From Paragordius varius (Eukaryota > Animalia > Nematomorpha), in the NCBI GenBank assembly GCA_964247055.1, contig OZ176057.1, positions 3,782,001-3,846,000 of the forward strand: DNA of 64,000 nt. The letters are read 5' to 3'. The notes under the pieces were generated by a model. That model was not told the DNA's origin and ran no database searches. It worked only from the letters and a program-made list of their open reading frames with translations. Positions 57,062-64,000 of this stretch are shown here, one piece after another. The translations under genes and the position numbers were made by a program. Each line of letters starts with the position of its first letter. Position 1 is the first letter of the stretch.

Positions 57062-60000
57062 TTAAAAATTTAGGCCACGCTTAGCTGATGTATTATTATT
57101 ATTACAGGAATTTTCATTTATTATATATATTTGAGTTTCTTTTTCAACCGAAAGGTCATTCGGAATAAGTTTTAAGGCGGGTTTTTCAACATTTTGCGAA
57201 AAATTAAAATTAGCTTTAATGTCATTATTTACATTACAATGGCCCCTATTATTTAATAGGAGAGAATTTAAATTAACTTTAAATCTTTTTATACTGGGAC
57301 TTCTAATATCTAAACTATTGTTATTATGAATATTTGTGCTCATAATTGGTGATATTAAAGCTTGCAAATTTTGTTCAGTAGTGTTTGTAGACAAACGATT
57401 ATTAGAGACATAAAACAGCTGATCGGCATTAGAATTTTCTTTTTCTTTATGTAATTGAGCTTGATCCTTTATATACTGGTTAATTCGATCTAAATCCTAT
57501 AATCAGGAATAAAACATAATTTTCTGAATGTATTTTTTTATTAAATATCATAACATTTGATCTATAATTAGTTGTAAAATAAAGGTACAATCAATTTTAT
57601 TGTAAAATATTATAATTTTTGTCGTAAATATGTGTTGTATATTTCAATTTCAAAAGACAACCATACTTTTTTAACCTTAATTTATCAAACTATAATTAAT
57701 ATTAAAAATTTATAATTGATCGTATTATAAATTTAGATTTCTAAATTATACTTGAATTACATTCACATTTTAGGAAGGTAGAATTACTCTAAAACAGGGC
57801 TTGGAACCGTAACCGCATGGAACCGGAACCCGGTTACTGGGATTTTAACAAGAACCGGTTCCATTGGGCTGGAACCACCCCGATGCCGGTTTGAAAATTT
57901 CAGGAACCACCCCGGTTCTATATAATTTTTTAGTAACTAACCCGGAGTTCAGGTTCCAACCGTTCAGGAACCATCCGGTTCCACCGCCTTAACTAGTAGT
58001 TACCATATGATTTTTTTTATACGGTAAAAATTGAAATTATACAAAAAATATAAAACAAATTTTTTCATAGATCTTGATTTTTTTTTTAAATAAAACTCAT
58101 TGTTTTAATCTACAAAGTATAATTTAGAATTCTAAATTTGTAATACAATCAATTATAAATTTTCAATATTAATTAATAGTTTGATAAGGTTAAAAAGTAT
58201 GGTTGTCTTTTGAAAAAAAATTGTCTTTAAATTTTTATGTTTTGTCCGTATAATATTAATTATTAGTAAATTTTATTTTATTATTTAAATTTGATTGTAT
58301 CACTACATATTACATATTTAAAACTTCAAACTAAGCGCCTATATTATATGAGCGATACTCTCTGAATTTTGGATTCGGCTGTTCTTAAAAATATAATACA
58401 TTACAACGGATAAGATACTTGAATTACTTGGTGCAATTTTTTTTAAAGATTTTTTTAGATGCCATACTTGATTTAATTCTTATATACCATTATACTTATA
58501 CATTTTCCTATTATATTTTTTACATTTATATGATGCTACACTATATTTCTTTCACTATAAATTTGGCAATTTATGATAAATTGTTTGATTTATAATTGTT
58601 AATATTTTGGTAGTATTATTAATAATAAATATTTTGTAAGAAAATTATTTAATTAAAAGTTAGGAACCGAAAATGGAACCGGTTCTCAATGTAAAGAACC
58701 GGTTCCGGAACCGCTAAATTTATAAGGAACCAATGCGGTTCCGGTTTCAAAAATCAGGAACCGCCCGGTTCTATTTTTTTAAATTCTTGAAAACCTACGC
58801 GGTTCCGGTTCCAAGCTCTGCTATAAAACCCATTAAAATTAGAAATTGATAAGATAACTGCGTAATCTCCCAATTTGCAAAAACTGTAAAATAAAACCTT
58901 TCGTGGGCTTTTATCAAACGTATAGGTAAGAGGAGTCGTATTATTGGACATTAAATTAATCGTTTTATCATTATTGTTGAAATTAATGTTGTTTTCGCAG
59001 TTCAGAATGCGTTTAAAAGGACTCATAACATTAACGTTAGAATTAGAATTGAAATAATTTCTTTTAAGTGGGCTAACATATATAGGTAATCCTGGGATAA
59101 TTTGTTGACCCTTTACGTTATTCAAAATATTGAAGGCGCCCTCTTTCTCAGGTGATCGTGATTGTGGTGCTTTTATATTGTTGCCATCAGTATTAATTGG
59201 ATATCGTAAGGGTAATGGACTCAAAATATTATTAATATTATTGTGTATACCTTTTGTAGTTTTCTAAAAGATAGATTTACAAATAAATTAGTTTGAAAAT
59301 AAAAAATTAAATTGCATCTTCTATATATTTTAGAATAAAAACCTCAGATATAGGATCAAGATTGGCTAATCTTGTTTCATTGAATGTTTGAATGTAAGGT
59401 TTGATAATATCTACAAATACCTAAAAAAAATACCATTCAAATAAAGTAAATCGTTGTATTAATTAATTCTCAAATATTTGTTTCGTAAAAAAAAGTCACA
59501 AATAATGACATTATCCTTATTAAAAGGAAAAAAGTTTTACTCAATAATTATAAAATTGTAAATATAAAAATTACCAAATTATAAAATTTTATGATATCTC
59601 CATATGTTTTAGATTGAGATGAAACTGTTTTAGGATCCATGTTATTTGTATCTGAAGACGATAACATGACTTTTCTATAAACCTATATTATATATATAAT
59701 ACCATAAAATTCAAATTCACCATTGAACAATTCGAATTCACCCTAAAAATTTAATTATGTGTTCTCGGGAACTAATTATATAATCCATCATTAATATGAA
59801 ATATTGCGACATAGTTTATTATTTATTCTGCACCATTTAATATTACAGAATTTCTTATAAAGAAATATAAAAAAAATAAAAGTAATTTTTAATCTTAAAA
59901 ATACACATAATTTATTTTAGGGTGAATTTATATTGTTCAAGGGTCAATTTATCAAGCAAATGGTATATATGTAAAGAATTCAGATTTTTTATTAGTCATA

Positions 60001-63000
60001 TACATTTTTATTTTAAATAAATAAATATATATATACCATTTACACTTCAAGAGTGTCCTTGAACAATTCAAGTTGGTCCTTGAACAGTTCAAGTTGGTCC
60101 TTGAACAATTCAAGTTGGTCCTTGAACAATTCAAGTTGGTCCTTTAACTTTTTTGTTTTGTTTTTAACTTTTATCAATCAAATCGAAAATAATTCGTCTA
60201 TTTTATTGTTTTTAACCTTTTTTCTATTATTTAACATAAATTTTAAATCGATATCAACTTTTAATCTTTGAAAAACCGTATATCTTTATTAATTTCTCAA
60301 AATAAATTTAGATATTTATAAGATTTTAACACGAAATAAAAAAATATATAAGTTTTCTGGGTTATTAATTAAAATTTTTCATTAAAAACATTTAAATGTC
60401 AATAATTTTGTTCAATTGAAAAAAAATAGTTTTAAGAAAAAAATTGGTTTTCCAATAAAAAAATTTATTTTTAAATGAATAAATATATAATAAATAAAGA
60501 AAATTAGGTTAATAAATAATTAAATAAAAAAATAAATGCAAAAATTATGGTTAAATCAAAATTTATAAATTTTAAGGACCAACTTGAACTGTTCAAGGAC
60601 CAACTTGAATTGTTCAAGGACCAACTTGAATTGTTCAAGGACCAACTTGAACTGTTCAAGGACCAACTTGAACTGTTCAAGGAACAACTTGAATTGTTCA
60701 AGGACCAACTTGAATTGTTCAAGGACACTCTTGAAGTGTAAATGGTATATATATATATATATATATATATATTTACATGTTTATAATAAAATATTATACG
60801 TTTCAACGTAATTGTTTTTTAATTTCGATATTAATTTAATTTTTATAACTTTGATTTGTAAAAAAAATATGGATCAAAAATTATCATAAATAAAACATAT
60901 AAATAAGTATTTGTGAATTATGGATAAATTATTTTAATATAATAATTATATAAAAAAATTCTCATAACATTTTATTAATTTCCATATATAAACGACCATT
61001 TAGTATATACCATTTACAATTCAATTTCACCCTTAAACAATTCAAATTCACCCTTGAACAATTCAAAATCGCCCTTAAACAATTCAAATTCACCCTCGAA
61101 CAATTCAAATTCACCCTCAAATAAAATATATGTTTTTTAAGATTAAAAATTACCAATATTTTTATATATTTTAAAAAATAAAAATTTTGTTTTAAATTAC
61201 AATAATACTGAAAAAATAATAAACTATAACATAAACATATATTTCATATTAATAATAAGTTATATTAGTTCGAAAATACATAATCTATTTTTAGGGTGAA
61301 TTTGAATTGTTCAAAGGTGAATTTGAATTGTTCAAGGGTGAATTTGAATTGTTCGAGGGTGAATTTGAATTGTTTAAGGGTGAATTTGAACTGTAAATGG
61401 TATATTATTTCCAATTTTTCAATCAACACTAAGAGAATTATTTCGTACTATGGATTAACATTTAATAATCTACTTTCTTTAATTAAAATAAATAATATTT
61501 ATCAACAACGTAAAATCAAAAGTTAAAAAAAGTTTATTTAAATCAAAAATAATTTTTATTACCTGATGATTACTTTGGGTGCTTATTGAATGATAATGTT
61601 TAATAATATCCGCAAAAGTTACATTCATATTAAGGACCTAAAAATTTAACAAAATTATATATATGAAATATAAAAATTAATTATAAAACAATAAATTAAC
61701 ATCAATTTATATTTAAAAATAGGTGCAAGTTCAACTACTTAATTATACATATGTGAAACATAAATTGTTAATAATTACCAATTATAAAGTATATCCATTT
61801 CAATATGTATACCCATAAATCAAATTATTTGTTTATATACTACTTTTATTTAAAAATCTTAAATCTACTAAATTAATATTACATGGTTATTACTTATGTT
61901 TAAACATGAAAATATAAATTAAATATGTATTTGTTCAAACAAATATTTTATAATTTTTTTTTTATAGATAGTTGAATTACAATTTATTAAAGAATAAATC
62001 AAAGATGCCTAAAATTCAGACAAAAAAATTAATTTTGAACTTGCTATAAAATTGAATTTATATTTTCAATTTTCCAATAAGTATTTGTTTGTAAAACTAA
62101 CCTTGGCCATAACATAAATGCAACACAATATAATTTGATCAATATGCCGATCCCTGAAGAGTGCACAGCTGTTATTAACTAAAGCCCATTCAAAAGCACT
62201 CCAAGCTGACCATTGCAATAATGGGCCATTTTCATCATTAATATCCGTATTAATATCTATGGCGTTTTGATTATTAATATTACATAGGCTAACACATAAT
62301 TGTCGAATCCTTAGACTGGCTAAATGATAAACCTATACATCATTCATTTATCAAACAAAAAATATAATTTTAAACTAAAAAATAATTACAGTAAGCATTT
62401 TAATGGTTGTTTATTTCACCTCTATAGTTGGGGGCAATTTGCAACACACAGTAGTGTATGGAAAAGGTAACAAAATGTTGAATTTTTTATGTTTTTTTTT
62501 GAAACAATACTGCGTTGCAAATTGCTCTAATATACCAGTGTGAAATAAACATACATAATTTTAATAACTTTTCAAATACCTTAATTAATGTAATTTCTTT
62601 AACAGATACCTTGTAAATAAATTCTTATTTTTTTATTAAAAAAACACTTATATATCTAAAAAAACACAAACATATATAAAATTATTAAGAAAAATTATAT
62701 TATATGGGAAAATTAAATTTGAGTTTCACATGTTACTTTTTAATTAAAATAATTTTGAAATTTTATTTAAAATATATGGGCGAGATACATACCTTTCTAA
62801 AAAACAGGGCAAGAGAACCACCTTTTGTGGGTAAATCATTCATAATATCCTTAGTATCACTATTATTACTTTTATATAATGGAGTTAACATAATTTGATG
62901 ATTATCATTATTATTCGAATTAAGGTATTCAAGATTCCGGGGCGCGAAAACCTTAAAAAATGGATAAATTTTATAAAATTCGTAATTTAAAATATAGTAA

Positions 63001-64000
63001 TATATATATATATATATATATATGATCAATTTCTAAAATAATTAATTTATATATTTCTACAAATCAAAAAATTAAGATAAAATTCATCATTTTCGGCTTG
63101 ATGTACATTATTACCAAATAATCATATATTTAAAAAACAAGGAAATTAAATATGCTATTAGTTTCAGGGGGTGCCGTTTATTTAGTAGTAAAGTCTTTAT
63201 ATCAAACAGATCTTTCTAGAATACTTTTAAAATATAATTATAAATTCATTAATATACTCACCTCTTTACACAAAGGTATAGGGCTATCTAACACATCGCC
63301 GACACATTTCAATTTCTCTTCATTATTATTATTGTTAATTATATCAATTTTTTCTTTTTTATTATTAATATTAGTTGTTGTATTAATTGGCAATTTTTCA
63401 CATGTATTCAAAATGGTCCATAATTCTGATGAATACTCCCACACTGTTTGTTCCAATATACCTTCTTCAATCTTTAAAATAAAGAACAAATATATTTTTT
63501 AAAAAAACAAATATATTTTTTAAAACAATTAGGATAAATATTTGAAATTAAATGTATATATAAATATTTAAAACTATGAAAATTTGTCTGAATACATATA
63601 TTTAAATAATTCTTATATCATATAAATACTTAAAGACTCTTTCCTAAAAATTTATTTAGACAACAAAATTATATTAACATTTTTTTACAAAAACTAAAAC
63701 ATCAAATCTTTATGGAAGTAATAAACAGATTCTAAACCTTATAGCATTTTAATTTATTCTTATTAAAAATTGTTCAAAAAAATATATTAAATAAATCTTA
63801 TTCGAAAAAATATTACAAAATTAAAATAAAAATTTGTAACTTAAGTTATATTTTAATGTATTTTAGCTTACACAATTTTGAATATCTTATTTAAACATTA
63901 CAGGTAATTAATTTATGCATATATAAAAAAATATAAATATTATTTTAATAAAATATAATATTTTCTACCTTATGTAAATGCTTTATAACCGAAACATCAA
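57062..64000 (-). CDS. RBL1/RBL2: Retinoblastoma-family pocket protein (p107/p130-like), 5'-partial
   Basis: Exons >64000-63969, 63471-63262, 62951-62793, 62332-62102, 61637-61563, 59682-59575, 59420-59343, 59263-58898 and 57496-57062 are all phase 0. KHLHK|IEEGIL, PLCKE|VFAPRNLE, GSLALFFRK|VYHLASLR, DRHIDQIILCCIYVMAK, GDIIKFYNL, IYVSPLK and SPRK|DLDRIN. Confidence 0.92.
57600..57760. mobile_element. Partial family-G MITE (G4)
   Basis: AAAAGACAACCATAC arm. Inverted relative to G5. Confidence 0.5.
57795..58820. mobile_element. Non-autonomous hAT element with GGAACC subterminal arrays, in the last RBL intron
   Basis: TIRs CAGGGCTTGGAACCG / CGGTTCCAAGCTCTG and an 8-bp TSD CTCTAAAA / CTATAAAA. 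Confidence 0.85.
58022..58250. mobile_element. Family-G MITE (G5) nested in the hAT element
   Basis: CGGTAAAAATTGAAATTATAC...GTATGGTTGTCTTTTG...TTTGTCCGTATAA. Confidence 0.6.
59700..59965. mobile_element. Family-A foldback element (A15)
   Basis: TACCATAAAATTCAAATTCACC...AAATGGTA|TA. Starts ~17 bp from an RBL acceptor. Confidence 0.75.
60034..60747. mobile_element. Family-B 21-bp foldback element (B3), complete
   Basis: TA|TACCATTTACACTTCAAGAGTGTCC...GGACACTCTTGAAGTGTAAATGGTA|TA with ~4 and ~7 units of GAACAATTCAAGTTGGTCCTT. Confidence 0.9.
61008..61402. mobile_element. Family-A 21-bp foldback element (A16), complete
   Basis: TA|TACCATTTAC...GTAAATGGTA|TA with 4-5 units per arm. Confidence 0.9.
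62389..62550. mobile_element. MITE family D, copy 3
   Basis: TA|CAGTAAGCATTTTAATG...GTGTGAAATAAAC, homologous to 26613-26800. Confidence 0.7.

Noticed and set aside
57600-58250. Apparent interleaving of a family-G MITE with the hAT element (one arm outside, one inside)
   Set aside because: Better explained as two independent G copies in opposite orientation; G5 has its own left terminus at ~58022.
58754-58897. 3' extension of ORF 58754-59224 (VLFYSFCKLG...)
   Set aside because: RB-family alignment supports the donor at 58897 (SPRK|DLDRIN). The extension is intron and runs into the hAT TIR.
63060-63502. ORF 63152-63502 (+) and a possible extra RBL exon at 63060-63215
   Set aside because: The plus ORF is antisense to an RBL exon. 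The flanking exons join directly as PLCKE|VFAP, matching the p130-type PTCEEVMPP pattern.

Overview
Very AT-rich, intron-containing eukaryotic DNA. The gene set indicates an animal, probably an invertebrate; there are no prokaryotic features or CRISPR arrays. I reconstructed seven spliced protein-coding genes by hand from GT-AG sites, reading-frame phase and conserved motifs: an HSD17B12-like SDR (-, 3' end not found), MAP2K4/MKK4 (+), a secreted protein with seven 12-aa Pro/Ile repeats (+), NDUFS7 (-), an SREK1/Srp54-like SR splicing factor (+), a KCTD5-like BTB protein (-) and a p107/p130-like retinoblastoma-family gene (-, 5' end outside the window). There is also an intron-containing tRNA-Tyr(GTA). 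Introns and intergenic DNA are packed with DNA transposons: Blackjack-like hAT elements with 8-bp TSDs (two decayed transposase copies plus non-autonomous and nested elements), TTAA- and TAA-flanked CAC..GTG elements, several TA|CAGT MITE families, a probable Helitron, and about 20 foldback elements with TACCATTT-type termini and 21-bp tandem arrays. The strongest candidate for an undescribed system is in the SR-protein gene. Two of its own exon-intron junctions have been amplified into tandem arrays: about 12-15 copies of the exon-5 donor and 3 copies of the exon-4 acceptor, one of which forms a 13-nt stop-inducing microexon. A third strong acceptor sits in the loop of a 49-bp perfect hairpin. 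Most alternative uses of these sites would create a premature stop, which suggests splicing/NMD autoregulation (inference). Other notable points are 25- and 31-nt introns, start codons only 80 bp apart, and a ~100-aa insert in the MKK4 kinase C-lobe. Coordinates were counted by hand; TE boundaries without a TSD are approximate.
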